64,000 nucleotides of DNA from Promethearchaeota archaeon (GCA_048937405.1 JBHLNF010000001.1:32001-96000); one strand, 5' to 3'. Counted from the stretch's first letter, positions 49,060-60,127 are shown. Notes: generated from the letters alone by a model not told the origin. Program-made: numbers and translations.

Positions 49060-51807
49060 TTAATGTAGGATTTCAAGCTGTTCTTCAAGGGCTTTTTTTC
49101 TTTCCTTTGACTGGTTTAGTTTTTCTTTCTCTTTTTGAACTATATCTGAACTAGCTTTTTGACTAAAGGGACCGCTCAATTTCTTTTCACTTTTTTGTAT
49201 TTGTTTCTCAACTACTTCAATTTGTTTTGATATACGTTCAATTTCAGATTTTAAATCAATAATTCCTTCTAATGGAAGATATATCACAATATCTTGAAGA
49301 ATAATTCGAGCAGAATGTTTAGGTATAGTGGTCTCATCAATTTTAAATTCATTTTGATCTATATGGGATAAAGTGATAATTTCTGAAGCAGTATTTTCAA
49401 TTAATCCCCGATATTCCTCCGTTTGTATAATTAATGGTATTTTCAAGCCAGGTTTTATATTAAACTCCTTTCTTACACGTCGAATTTCGTGAATTAATGA
49501 TTTAATTAAATCAAAATTTTCATCAAGCATATCATCTATTAAAGATTCATCAAACTCAGGCCATCTAGCTAAAATTAAAGCAGGTCCATCTTTTACTGTT
49601 TCAGGTAAGCTCTGCCATAAAGCCTCTGTTAGAAAAGGGATAATGGGATGGAGAAGGCGTAAAGATATTTCTAAAACATAAAGTAAAATTGATATAGGTG
49701 TGATCTTATCAGGTTCATTTTTATCATACATTCGAATTTTAGTAATTTCGATATACCAATCACAAAACTCATCCCAAAAAAAAGACTTTATAGATCGAGC
49801 AGCATTAATGTAATTATATTCTTCATAAGAATTATTAACTTCCTTGATCATTTTGTTTAATTTAGAAAGAATCCAGCGGTCTCCGATGTGAAGCTTTTCC
49901 TTTGCATATGAAGCTGAAAATCGTTCAATCTTTTCTGTTTTCTCCAGATTACCCAAAATATAATTTGTTGATTGCCAGATCTTATTGCAAAAGTTTTTTG
50001 AGGCTTTTAAAAGGCCCTCAACTAGATTTAAGTCTTTACCTGGGATTGTATTTGCAATAAATGTAAATCTTAATGAATCTGCTCCGTATTTTTCAATTAT
50101 TTTTAATGGATCATATTGGTCAATGTCTTCCATTGATTTACTAATTTTTGCACCCTGTTCATTACGAATAATCCCATGAAAATAACACAATCGATAAGGT
50201 GATTGTTTAGTTAATTCTAATCCTAGCATCATTTCTCGAGCAACCCAGAAGAAAAGAATATCATACGCAGTTTCACGTATATTGTTGGGATAATATCGTT
50301 TAAAATCTTCACTTTCCACGTCTGGCCAACCCAAGGTTGCAAATGGCCATAAACCGGAAGAGAACCAAGTATCTAACACATCTTCATCTTGTTTCAGATT
50401 TTTATCATTACAAGTAGAACATTGTATAGGTTCTTCCATTTCACAGTTTTCATGTCCATTTGAACAATACCATACTGGAATTCGATGGCCCCACCATAGT
50501 TGGCGACTGATACACCAATCTTCTATATTTTCCATCCATTGATAGAAACGTTTTTCTTCTCTTTCTGGTATCATCATTGTTATACCACTTCTTACAGCAT
50601 CAATTGCCTCCCTTGCGAGAGTTCTGGTTCTAACAAACCATTGAGTTGAAATTCGTGGTTCAATTATAGTATTACATCGTTGACAATGAGCAACTGCATG
50701 GGAATATGGTTCAATTTTCTCTAATAAACCTTCTTTTTTTAGATCTTTAACAATTTCATCTCTACACTCAAACCGATCCATATTTGCATATTTTCCTGAG
50801 AATTCTGGAACCATATTTCCAGATTCATCTATAACTGTGATTGCCTCTAAATCATGTTTAATTCCAATTTCATAGTCATTTGGATCATGAGCTGGGGTAA
50901 TTTTTAGAGCACCTGTTCCAAATTCGGGATCAACATATGAATCCTCAAAAATAGGGATTTTGCGGCTAAGTACAGGTAAAACTGCTGTTTTTCCCTCATA
51001 TTTTGAAAATTCTTGATGTTTTGGGGCAATGGCAACAGCTGTATCCCCCAATAATGTTTCGGGACGTGTCGTAGCTAAGATTATGAAGTCCGTCGCACCT
51101 TCCGCCCATTTACCAGATCCCCATTCTCCTTTTGATCCTTTCCATTTGTCTGTTATAATCGGATATTTTAAATACCATAAATGGCTTTCATGTTCTTCAG
51201 CTTCAGCTTCTAGATTTGATATTGCAGATTCACACCTTCCCGGACACCAATTTATCATATAGGTTCCTCTATATATTAATCCTTTTTTATAGAGACGGTT
51301 AAATGCTGTTAAAACTGCTTTATGATAGCGTTCATCTAAAGTAAACCTATTACGAGTCCAATCGCAAGAAGCACCCATACTTCTGGATTGATCTATTATT
51401 ATATTTTGACATTTATTTGTCCAGTCCCATACTTCCTTTAAGAACTTTTCTCGTCCAATTTCTTTCCTATAAATCTTTTTTTTAGCTAATTCTCTTTCAA
51501 CCACATTTTGGGTTGCTATTCCTGCGTGATCTGTTCCCGGGAGAAATAAAGTTTCCTTTTGTTTCATACGTTCATAACGAGTCATAAGATCTTCAAGAGT
51601 AAGGACTATCGCATGTCCTAAATGAAGAACACCAGTTACATTTGGAGGAGGAAGTGTAATACAAAAACGAGGACTATCTTCTTTCACTAAACCTAATTCA
51701 CATTGTTTTTCAGGGCGAAAATATCCTTGCGATTCCCACCATTCATATATAGCTTTCTCGATTTTCTTGGGTTCATGCACTCTTGATAAATTGTTAAAAT
51801 CTAACAT
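49060..51807 (-). CDS. valS: Valyl-tRNA synthetase
   Basis: PPPNVTGVLHLGH, GTDHAGIATQ, WCISRQLWWGHRIP, DVLDTWFSS, KISKS; C-terminal coiled coil. Confidence 0.97.
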   Translation of the reverse strand: MLDFNNLSRVHEPKKIEKAIYEWWESQGYFRPEKQCELGLVKEDSPRFCITLPPPNVTGVLHLGHAIVLTLEDLMTRYERMKQKETLFLPGTDHAGIATQNVVERELAKKKIYRKEIGREKFLKEVWDWTNKCQNIIIDQSRSMGASCDWTRNRFTLDERYHKAVLTAFNRLYKKGLIYRGTYMINWCPGRCESAISNLEAEAEEHESHLWYLKYPIITDKWKGSKGEWGSGKWAEGATDFIILATTRPETLLGDTAVAIAPKHQEFSKYEGKTAVLPVLSRKIPIFEDSYVDPEFGTGALKITPAHDPNDYEIGIKHDLEAITVIDESGNMVPEFSGKYANMDRFECRDEIVKDLKKEGLLEKIEPYSHAVAHCQRCNTIIEPRISTQWFVRTRTLAREAIDAVRSGITMMIPEREEKRFYQWMENIEDWCISRQLWWGHRIPVWYCSNGHENCEMEEPIQCSTCNDKNLKQDEDVLDTWFSSGLWPFATLGWPDVESEDFKRYYPNNIRETAYDILFFWVAREMMLGLELTKQSPYRLCYFHGIIRNEQGAKISKSMEDIDQYDPLKIIEKYGADSLRFTFIANTIPGKDLNLVEGLLKASKNFCNKIWQSTNYILGNLEKTEKIERFSASYAKEKLHIGDRWILSKLNKMIKEVNNSYEEYNYINAARSIKSFFWDEFCDWYIEITKIRMYDKNEPDKITPISILLYVLEISLRLLHPIIPFLTEALWQSLPETVKDGPALILARWPEFDESLIDDMLDENFDLIKSLIHEIRRVRKEFNIKPGLKIPLIIQTEEYRGLIENTASEIITLSHIDQNEFKIDETTIPKHSARIILQDIVIYLPLEGIIDLKSEIERISKQIEVVEKQIQKSEKKLSGPFSQKASSDIVQKEKEKLNQSKERKKALEEQLEILH

Positions 51808-51898
51808 ATTAAATCAAATTTAATGTAATTTTTAATTTAAGATTAACGTTCTGAGTAAATATGAGATTAGTTAATAGATATTTTCTCTTAAACATAAG

Positions 51899-52001
51899 TG
51901 GACCCGGCGGGAATTGAACCCGCGACCTCTTGAATGCGAATCAAGCTTAAAATTAATTTGGGACCTACCAAACTAATGATCTTCCACTGATCTACGGGCC
52001 C
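51899..52001 (-). tRNA. tRNA-Ala(CGC) with 31-nt intron at position 25/26 (51947-51977)
   Basis: Acceptor GGGCCCG/CGGGTCC with G3:U70 and A73; D-stem GATC/GATC; anticodon arm CTTGA-TTCGCAT-TCAAG; T-arm GCGGG-TTCAATT-CCCGC; 72 nt after intron removal; CCA not encoded. Confidence 0.93.
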
Positions 52002-52082
52002 AATTATACTTTTTTAAAATTATATTTTAAAAAATAGAATAACTAAAATCTTTTATGGTTTTTCTTACAGATTATAAAAGAA

Positions 52083-52919
52083 CTACATAAATTTCATTAA
52101 ATGATTTTTGGTCTCAGGAGAAAATAATAAATTTCCTTGTTTTTTATCTCTAAATCTTTTAATGGCTATATCCAAATATTCTTTATTCAAGTCAATTCCA
52201 ATAAATTTTCGATTTAAAATATTACATACAATTCCTGTAGTACCCGAACCTACAAAAGGATCTAATACCCAATCTGCCTCATTTGAACAAGAAGAAATTA
52301 TCCTATTTAATAGTTCCAATGGTTTTTGTGTTGGATGTTTACCAAATTCTTTCTCATCTTTAGACATTAAAGGAATTGACCAAACACTTCTCATTTGCTT
52401 ATCTTTATTCTTTAATTTATCTTTAGGGTTATTCCAAAGCTTCATTTTCTCATAATTAAATGTATGGCGTGAGTTTTTGGATTTGCGAGCCCATAACACC
52501 ATTTCATGACTATGTGTAAAATATTTACATGATAAGTTAGGTGGAGCATTTGGTTTATACATCACTATATCATTTATTATGTCATAATTATTTTTTTCTA
52601 ATAAATATCCTACTTTATATATATTATGTAAAGTACCGGAAACCCAAATACTCCCATTTTCCTTTAACACTCTTTTACACGCTTTTAGCCACAAATCTAT
52701 AAAATTTACATCCTTTACAAAACCTTTGGATTTGTCCCATTCTCCTTTATTAACAGATACCATTTTTCCTGATGAACATGTAATGCCATCATTTGATAAA
52801 AAATAGGGAGGATCAACGTAAATTAAATCAAATCTATCACTTTCAAATTGATTGAGTATCTCTAAAGCATCTCCATAATACAATATAAAATCTTTCTCTT
52901 CAAAATAGGGTTTTGTCAT
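52083..52919 (-). CDS. N6-adenine/N4-cytosine DNA methyltransferase (beta class, DpnA-like)
   Basis: DPPY motif IV before DPFVGSGTT motif I; HPTQKP; SVNKGEWD. Confidence 0.92.
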   Translation of the reverse strand: MTKPYFEEKDFILYYGDALEILNQFESDRFDLIYVDPPYFLSNDGITCSSGKMVSVNKGEWDKSKGFVKDVNFIDLWLKACKRVLKENGSIWVSGTLHNIYKVGYLLEKNNYDIINDIVMYKPNAPPNLSCKYFTHSHEMVLWARKSKNSRHTFNYEKMKLWNNPKDKLKNKDKQMRSVWSIPLMSKDEKEFGKHPTQKPLELLNRIISSCSNEADWVLDPFVGSGTTGIVCNILNRKFIGIDLNKEYLDIAIKRFRDKKQGNLLFSPETKNHLMKFM

Positions 52920-53080
52920 ATTAAGATAAATAAAATTTAGAAATTATCTAATGTTCAATCAAACTGGTTAAGAAAATATAATATATTTTATTTATTAACT
53001 TTAAAGTTTAATATTAACAAAGAATTAATATTCATGTAAGGTAATCATAACTTTATCTAAATTGCTTAAGAGAGACAAAC

Positions 53081-54022
53081 ATGATAAACAAACAAAGGTT
53101 TGAAGAATTATTTAATCAGCGTTTAATTAAAGATATTTATGAAGAACAAATTGATATCGTTCTTTCAGGTCAATATGGTAAAGCTTTAGAATTATTAAGA
53201 GATGCGGAATCTACAGGTTTATTTCCTGCATTAGTTGGACCTCCTGGTGTTGGAAAAACTATATTATGTCGTTATTTTGCTAGTCTAAGAGCGAAAGAAA
53301 ACAAAAACCGGAGTTTTCAATGGCTAACTATGGACGAGAGCATTAAGCCATCTCATTTTATCGGCTCCTTTGATCCCGCAATTACGTTAAAGAAAGGATT
53401 TGTATTAGAAGCTTTTAATCCTGGGCCTTTATTAAATGCTATGCTAGAAGGAGGTACTTTTTTAGCTAATGAAATAAATAGGGCTACAGAGTATTCTCAA
53501 AATACCTTGCTTGAACCTTTAGAGGAAGCTTCCATAGGGATTCCCCATTTAGGACGAATAAAAGCAGATAAGGATTTTTTCTTTATATGTGCAATGAATC
53601 CCGAAGAATTATCTGGAACACATCGGTTATCTGAAGCTTTGAAAGATAGAATAAAAGTTTGGATTAAATTAACCTATCCAGATAAATCGACTGAATTAGA
53701 TATTATAAGAATTAATTTACCAGAACACTTTGTTATTGAAGAATCTGAATTAGAATTAATATATTCCATCATTAAAGAAACTAGACAAAATAAAGTTGAT
53801 ATTGAGATTCCTGCTTCTATAAGAGCTGGAATAGCTATTGCCAAATTATTAGCAAGAAAAAGATTATTAGAAAAAGAAGGAAAAGTGAAAGAAAAAGAAT
53901 CTGCATATATTTATCTCTCAGATATTGCTCGTAATGTTTTATTGGGAAGTTTAAAACCTAAACCAGGTGTAAAAGTTGAAGATGTTATAGAAAATATTAT
54001 TCTTAAAACTTTAGGGGGATAA
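53081..54022 (+). CDS. MoxR-family AAA+ ATPase
   Basis: GPPGVGKT, GPL, NEINR, AMNP, LSEALKDR. Confidence 0.9.
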   Translation: MINKQRFEELFNQRLIKDIYEEQIDIVLSGQYGKALELLRDAESTGLFPALVGPPGVGKTILCRYFASLRAKENKNRSFQWLTMDESIKPSHFIGSFDPAITLKKGFVLEAFNPGPLLNAMLEGGTFLANEINRATEYSQNTLLEPLEEASIGIPHLGRIKADKDFFFICAMNPEELSGTHRLSEALKDRIKVWIKLTYPDKSTELDIIRINLPEHFVIEESELELIYSIIKETRQNKVDIEIPASIRAGIAIAKLLARKRLLEKEGKVKEKESAYIYLSDIARNVLLGSLKPKPGVKVEDVIENIILKTLGG

Positions 54023-54025
54023 TTA

Positions 54026-56515
54026 TTGGGAGTATTTCCTGAAAATCCATGTGAGTTTGCAGTAGAGTTTATAAGAAGGATGAGAAATCATCCAGATATT
54101 ATCCAAATGCCTTCTTCAAGACAAGTGTTATCAATACCAAATTTAATTATATCAAGATATTATCGTAAAGGATCTATTACACCAAGTGATTTTATTGAAA
54201 TTAGTACTGTCACTTCATTTCCAGATAACCAAAGTTTAGCAAAAGATATAGCTTTTGACATTCTCTTTCCAAATTATAAAAAAGATCTAATGAAATCATT
54301 CTTTATTGAAAATGAAATTGAAAATATAGAAGAGGAAGTCGTGGATTCTGGGATCAAATCAGAATTAGATCAACTGCAAGACTTAATAGATGAAATTGAA
54401 TCTTCAAAATCTTTTGATACAAATATGATTCAGCAATTAGAAGAATTCATGAAAGAATTAAATCAAAAGAGAAATGAGGAACCTTATAAATCAGCACTCA
54501 ATTTTTTCGATGATAATTCTGAGTTATATAAAGAAGAGATAACTTCATTTGAAAAATTACTTGAAGAAGCAAAAAATAGAATGATTCAAAAGATCAATTC
54601 CTTAGATCCAAAGGATCTTAAAGCGGGTAATAATTTAGGTTTAGATGACTTAATCCAAGAACTATCTTTACGAGAATGGGAAAAAATTACAAGTAAAGCG
54701 TTAAATAATCAAAATATTCAGGATGATTTGAAAAATCTGTTAAAATCTGGAAATTTAGAAGATTTACTTCAATCAATGAAATTTTTACAAGAAACTGGGG
54801 GAATTTCGAAAGGAGAATTAGAAAATCTAAAAAGTGAGCTTAAAGACAAAATTAACAATTTAGATCAATTATTTCAATCCGCCAAACACTTAGGAGAAAC
54901 TCCAAATTTTAACCTAGATGAAATATTAAAAAATAGTATAGATCAGGCATCATTTGAACATAATTTTAGTCTTGCAAATTCACTTGATCAGTTTTTTGGC
55001 ACTAATCTCAGGTCATCATTATTAGATAAATATGCTCAACAGAGTAGCAATGCAAAAATGAAATTATCGCTTGATAGTCTAACAAAAGCTTCATTTGCAA
55101 ATAAATCTTGGAATTCACTATTTAATCAAGCACTTCAAAGCGCAATAAAAGAAGCAATGTCCCAAAACAGAAAATTTGAGGCATTTAAATCTCTTACCAA
55201 TCAAATGAAGCAACTTATGAATAGTAGTTCAAATATACACTGTAGTCAAAAAATAGCTCAAAAACTTCCAGATCTTACTTCTCAGACTTTAAAATCCTGT
55301 GAAACACCATACCAATTAAGAAACGCAACCGAATTCTTAAGAAAAATAGAAATGAACCCAGATTCCGAATTAATAAAAGAAATTGGAAAATTATTAGAAA
55401 TGCCCGAAGATGATATCTTTGAATTAATTGAACCAACTTACCAATTGCTTAAAAAGTTAATTGAGAATAAGAAAGCAGACTATCAAAGACTAAGCAATTT
55501 AATAAATCAAATTCAAGATCAAATAAATTCTAATAGAATTAAAGAATTAACCGCTATAGCTCTAGCATCTAATAATAGAGATGCGTTAGGAGCTCTTGGA
55601 AACCTCAATTTAAGCGAAGCTCTGAAAAGTGCTCAGGAAATTGGGGGTCAAGAAGGGGAAAATAAGATGATTTCCTGTTTATCTGCAGGTAGTGGAGAAA
55701 ATCTACTTAAGCAATGGTTTATTCATCGAAATTCTCTAGCAGAATCAACTAAGCAAAAAGTTAAAGAATTAGCAAAAAAAATGTTAATTGAATTAGGTAT
55801 CTATTATTCACGAGCACATTTAGGCAGTTCTACAACAGGTCCAATCCCAATTAATATAGTAAGACCGTACTCAATAGGAGACGATTTTGATAATATTGAT
55901 CTTGAGGAAACAGTAAATAATATATTAGAAAAGGGGAAAAAATTAGATCATATTAATTATGATGATTTTTTTGTTTTTGAAACAGCAAAGGGACTTCGGA
56001 CTGCTTGTTTTGAACTTGATATCTCTGGTAGTATGACTGGAGAAAAGCTTACATATATGAGTATCTCAGCTACAATGCTAATATATTCTTTAAGAAAAGA
56101 TGAACTTGGTATCACATTCTTTGAATCAGATACGCATATCCTGAAAAATGTAGATCAAGAAATTGATTTAGAAAAGATTGCAGATGAACTTCTTTCCGTT
56201 ACTGCACGGGGAGGTACAAGGCTACAAAGTGCTCTTGAATGGGCAAATAAACAATTTAAAGAACATTCAACCTCACGTGAAAAATTAAATGTCTTATTTA
56301 CTGATGCTGAAGTCTTTGATATTAAAGAAGCTTTAATAGAATTCCGGAAAATGCGTTCATTAGGCGTAGATTTCATTTTGGTGTGTCCTGAAACTTCGTA
56401 TAATTTAAATGAGGCTAGGAAAATGGTAAAAGTCGCTGGAGGTCAATTGCTTTCTATAAAGAATTGGGAGAACTTTCCCAAATTATTTTCCGATATTATT
56501 AACTCAAGGTTTTAA
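54026..56515 (+). CDS. VWA-domain (CoxE-like) partner of the MoxR ATPase
   Basis: MIDAS DISGS, GGT, FTD; 3 bp downstream of the MoxR gene. Confidence 0.88.
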   Translation: MGVFPENPCEFAVEFIRRMRNHPDIIQMPSSRQVLSIPNLIISRYYRKGSITPSDFIEISTVTSFPDNQSLAKDIAFDILFPNYKKDLMKSFFIENEIENIEEEVVDSGIKSELDQLQDLIDEIESSKSFDTNMIQQLEEFMKELNQKRNEEPYKSALNFFDDNSELYKEEITSFEKLLEEAKNRMIQKINSLDPKDLKAGNNLGLDDLIQELSLREWEKITSKALNNQNIQDDLKNLLKSGNLEDLLQSMKFLQETGGISKGELENLKSELKDKINNLDQLFQSAKHLGETPNFNLDEILKNSIDQASFEHNFSLANSLDQFFGTNLRSSLLDKYAQQSSNAKMKLSLDSLTKASFANKSWNSLFNQALQSAIKEAMSQNRKFEAFKSLTNQMKQLMNSSSNIHCSQKIAQKLPDLTSQTLKSCETPYQLRNATEFLRKIEMNPDSELIKEIGKLLEMPEDDIFELIEPTYQLLKKLIENKKADYQRLSNLINQIQDQINSNRIKELTAIALASNNRDALGALGNLNLSEALKSAQEIGGQEGENKMISCLSAGSGENLLKQWFIHRNSLAESTKQKVKELAKKMLIELGIYYSRAHLGSSTTGPIPINIVRPYSIGDDFDNIDLEETVNNILEKGKKLDHINYDDFFVFETAKGLRTACFELDISGSMTGEKLTYMSISATMLIYSLRKDELGITFFESDTHILKNVDQEIDLEKIADELLSVTARGGTRLQSALEWANKQFKEHSTSREKLNVLFTDAEVFDIKEALIEFRKMRSLGVDFILVCPETSYNLNEARKMVKVAGGQLLSIKNWENFPKLFSDIINSRF

Positions 56516-56614
56516 AAAACCATTATTTTATAAAAAGTATAAAAGATAAAACTAAAACGGAAAAAGCTATAAAATACATATGGAAATAACAAAAAAAAAA
56601 CCGATTCCAAAATA

Positions 56615-58963
56615 ATGGTAAAGAAATCAATATCAAGTCTAATAATTGATAAATTTGGCTTGAATATATATCAAAAATCACTTAATTATCTATCTAATAA
56701 AATCAATATTATTGAGATCAGAGAAGATCCAATAAAAATAAGAAGTATTGTTTTAGATAATGAACGTGAATTTCATCTTATAATAGACCAGGAAAATAAT
56801 GAAATTTTTCATGACTGTCCATCATTTCTAATCCATCCTGAAAGAGAAAAGAAAATCTGCATTCATTTAATTAAATTATTATTGGTAATTAAAGAGAATA
56901 TAGCAGAGATTATCTTAGAAAATTTGGAATCTTTCAATTTAACTTCTGAAGATATAGGTTCACACAAAAAAAGAAAGAATTTTCTTTTATTAGCTAATAG
57001 ATGTTTTGATAATGAAAATTGTGTTGAAGCACTTAGCTATTTGAACAAGGCTATTATCAATCAGTTTGAGAGTCAAGATATTATTAAAATCTATTTAGAT
57101 ACAGCAATTAATAACGATCTTTTCTTCGAGTTCTTTGAATTTTTAAAAAATGGGTATGATAGTGACTTAGGGGATTACTTATTAAAATTTGATTCTAATA
57201 TAGAAAGAGGGATTTTAGAATTTTTAGATGCCATCTCTGAATACTTTTTCTTTGACATCCTTAAAATCATTGAATCTATAGATAAAATATTTGAGTTTAA
57301 AAATTTTTCATTTCTGGCATCAAAGTTTGATAAATTGAATAAACTGGTGAATTCTTCAAATTTAAATGAAAAATATTTTTCAATCTATTTAATAAAACGA
57401 TATTACAATAAATTTATTAACTTAAATAATAAATTTGTCGACATTTTTTCTCAAGATCAACTAGAATCTTTAAAAAAAACACTTTTAAATTACTTCTTCT
57501 CTGAAATTGATAATTTCTGTGTGATTGATAAACTAAAATTATTGAAAAAACAATTTCAGATAATAAACATTCCTAAAATATCATATATTAATGAATATAA
57601 AAGATATAAAAATGAAATACAAGAATTAGAGAAAAAAGTCTATCTTAAAAAATTTGCATTTTTAAAAATGATGATTGAGAAATATAAAATAAAAAAAACA
57701 AAAGGAGAGTTCTTAAAAAAAAGAAACACTTATATTGTTAAACATAACAATGAAAATTTGAAAAATCCTGTCTATAATTACATTATTTCTCGTATTGGTT
57801 TCTTTGGTCAAAATGAACAAATGATAAAATCTTCAGAAATTGGAATAAATTACTTTATTATGAAAGAGCTTTTTTTTGATGATATAAGTATTTATCAAGA
57901 TGTATATTATTATAGACAACAACTCTGGGGGGAAAAAGACGATTATGAAATAAGACTACTTGATGGTTTATCTTTATCCAGTGAAATTATTGAATCTAGT
58001 TATGATATTGATCATAAATATTCAGATGACTTAATGATTATTGAGTGGGATTTAGCTCAAAAACCATTTCAAGGGAGTATAGTTAATGCTTATGGATCTC
58101 AAATAATAATTCCTGATTATAATAATCCTTTATTCCATGATTTAAAACCGTTTGATTTATGTTTTTGTAAAAAAACTCCAATCAAAATCGAAAGTAAAAT
58201 AATTAAAACAGTTAATGTAATAAAAAAATGTTCGTTTAAAGATGCTATTAGAAGTGTTTCTAAGGGGATGGAATTTATAGAAGGGTACTATCCCTTGTCT
58301 CTAGCAAGAGCAGTTTTAAATAAAGAAATTGATCCATTTCATGCTCATGAAATCGTGTTTAATAATCCAAATAAAATGTTTGTCCCTAATTATAACGCTT
58401 TTATAAAAGCGTTTAATGAATTTTTATTGAATTATATTTTAAAAGAAAAAGAGAATATATTTGAAGAATTGAAAACTGATGTTATCCCTTATACTGATCA
58501 AATTCTTACTTTATTAAATTTAAATAATGAATTAGCTGGTTTGGATTTACCCTACACTGAAATTCTAAAAGAAAATATTCTTCCAGATATTACTTTAAAA
58601 GAATTTAAATCAAGATTTTTGAATGAAATCCATTTAATTGTAAAAAACAAATTAAATAAACGTGAAATAGGAAGTACATATATATTTGATTTAAAAAAAA
58701 TACAACATACTCCATTTTTTAAATATTCTAATGAAATTCTTAATATTAGAAAAGAAGAATTTGAAAGCTCTGAAGTAATTAGGTATTATGATAAAAATGA
58801 AGTTTTTTATGATATGATTGAAATAAGTAAAACATATTATGGCAAAAAATTCTTGGAGATACTTCAGGAAGGGAAGGAATTAATTCTAAAACCTAAAAAA
58901 TTTAAAAAATTTCAGGAATTTAGCTCAAAATTAAATTTAAAATTAAAAATTTTTACAGAGTGA
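56615..58963 (+). CDS. SWIM-type Zn-finger protein
   Basis: HDCPSF...ICIH near the N-terminus; remainder unrecognised. Confidence 0.65.
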   Translation: MVKKSISSLIIDKFGLNIYQKSLNYLSNKINIIEIREDPIKIRSIVLDNEREFHLIIDQENNEIFHDCPSFLIHPEREKKICIHLIKLLLVIKENIAEIILENLESFNLTSEDIGSHKKRKNFLLLANRCFDNENCVEALSYLNKAIINQFESQDIIKIYLDTAINNDLFFEFFEFLKNGYDSDLGDYLLKFDSNIERGILEFLDAISEYFFFDILKIIESIDKIFEFKNFSFLASKFDKLNKLVNSSNLNEKYFSIYLIKRYYNKFINLNNKFVDIFSQDQLESLKKTLLNYFFSEIDNFCVIDKLKLLKKQFQIINIPKISYINEYKRYKNEIQELEKKVYLKKFAFLKMMIEKYKIKKTKGEFLKKRNTYIVKHNNENLKNPVYNYIISRIGFFGQNEQMIKSSEIGINYFIMKELFFDDISIYQDVYYYRQQLWGEKDDYEIRLLDGLSLSSEIIESSYDIDHKYSDDLMIIEWDLAQKPFQGSIVNAYGSQIIIPDYNNPLFHDLKPFDLCFCKKTPIKIESKIIKTVNVIKKCSFKDAIRSVSKGMEFIEGYYPLSLARAVLNKEIDPFHAHEIVFNNPNKMFVPNYNAFIKAFNEFLLNYILKEKENIFEELKTDVIPYTDQILTLLNLNNELAGLDLPYTEILKENILPDITLKEFKSRFLNEIHLIVKNKLNKREIGSTYIFDLKKIQHTPFFKYSNEILNIRKEEFESSEVIRYYDKNEVFYDMIEISKTYYGKKFLEILQEGKELILKPKKFKKFQEFSSKLNLKLKIFTE

Positions 58964-59129
58964 TGCTTAATAAAGAGTAGAGGATTTTTAATAAGAATTT
59001 TCTAAGAATAAGGGATATTAATTATTAAAAAAGAATATATGAAAAAACCTCAACCTCTTTATTTTTCTTTAAGTCCTACTTTTTTCTGGAATTTTAATAT
59101 CTAATTTATTCTTATAACACTTATAAGAA

Positions 59130-59753
59130 TTATAATTTTTTCAAAAAAGCACTAATTTTTCGACTGAAACTCATATGACCCGCAGTGAGTAAAATCCATA
59201 CCATTATTAGGATAGTTAAAGTCCACTCAATGATAGGTTGAAGCCCCGAAATGAAGAAAATAATAAAGATTGCAAGTATCAAAAATCCCAGATATGCATG
59301 ATATTTTTGAAAATTATGGTTTATGTCTTTAAACATTAAATAACTAAAGAGACTAATATAAATTACAGATCCACCAAAGGCGATGATTGCAGCAAAAATA
59401 TGAATACCTTTAAAGAAAAGAGGATATGTATCATCTGGTCTAACACCAACTAATGCAATACATACACATGTAATAATTGAAATACCTGTTGCAATTTTTC
59501 TATTGATTTCATTTATACCTAATAATGCCTTTTTCTCAAGAAAAATATAAAAAGGAATTATTATCGAGCCACCAATTACAAATCCCATACTAAAAAAAGA
59601 CTTTGCAGATCCATTTCCCAATGAACTTACTGTATTTTTTAGGGGATTATATCCTGGAGTGATACAAGCAGCAAAAATAACCAAAAAACCTGCAAGTATT
59701 ATTCCAAAGAAAGCAAGCAGACATTCCATTTTGTTTTTAAAAAATTCTAACAT
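59130..59753 (-). CDS. DUF998-like membrane protein
   Basis: PGYNPLKNTVSSLG, LVG, H..AAIIAF; ~5 TM. Confidence 0.75.
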   Translation of the reverse strand: MLEFFKNKMECLLAFFGIILAGFLVIFAACITPGYNPLKNTVSSLGNGSAKSFFSMGFVIGGSIIIPFYIFLEKKALLGINEINRKIATGISIITCVCIALVGVRPDDTYPLFFKGIHIFAAIIAFGGSVIYISLFSYLMFKDINHNFQKYHAYLGFLILAIFIIFFISGLQPIIEWTLTILIMVWILLTAGHMSFSRKISAFLKKL

Positions 59754-59855
59754 TTTTTATCAATTTTTTTTAAAAAAATTCAAGATTCACAACTTTAACT
59801 TGTTAGTATTATTTAAAATTTATCTTTTTTTTAATTTTGAAAAAACAATGTAAAT

Positions 59856-59982
59856 TTAAAACTTCTTTAACTATTCTATAAAGATCTTAGGATGATAACC
59901 ATATAATAAAGCAAAGTATAACGCCTATTCATTGATTTCTATCATTTCTGAAACATCTCCTTCATTTTTTATATTAAAAAAG
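59856..59982 (-). pseudogene. Degraded copy of the 3' end of gene 38452-39162
   Basis: FNIKNEGDVSEMIEINE*ALYFALLYGYHPKIFIE*LKKF* vs FNLKNEEDFSEMIEINEKALHFALLYGYHPKLFIEELKKR*. Confidence 0.88.
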
Positions 59983-60127
59983 TCTATCAATAGAGTCGAT
60001 ATCAATGGAAATAAAATAACATTTTTCTAAAAAACTTATCATGAATTAACTTTTAGACCTAAGAAAACATTTAAATACCTTATTCCTTTATGTAATTTAG
60101 TTTTAACTATCTAAAAATGAAATCTAA

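Noticed and set aside
51899-52919. Integrative element at tRNA-Ala
   Set aside because: No integrase, and no duplicated tRNA 3' end seen in the window.
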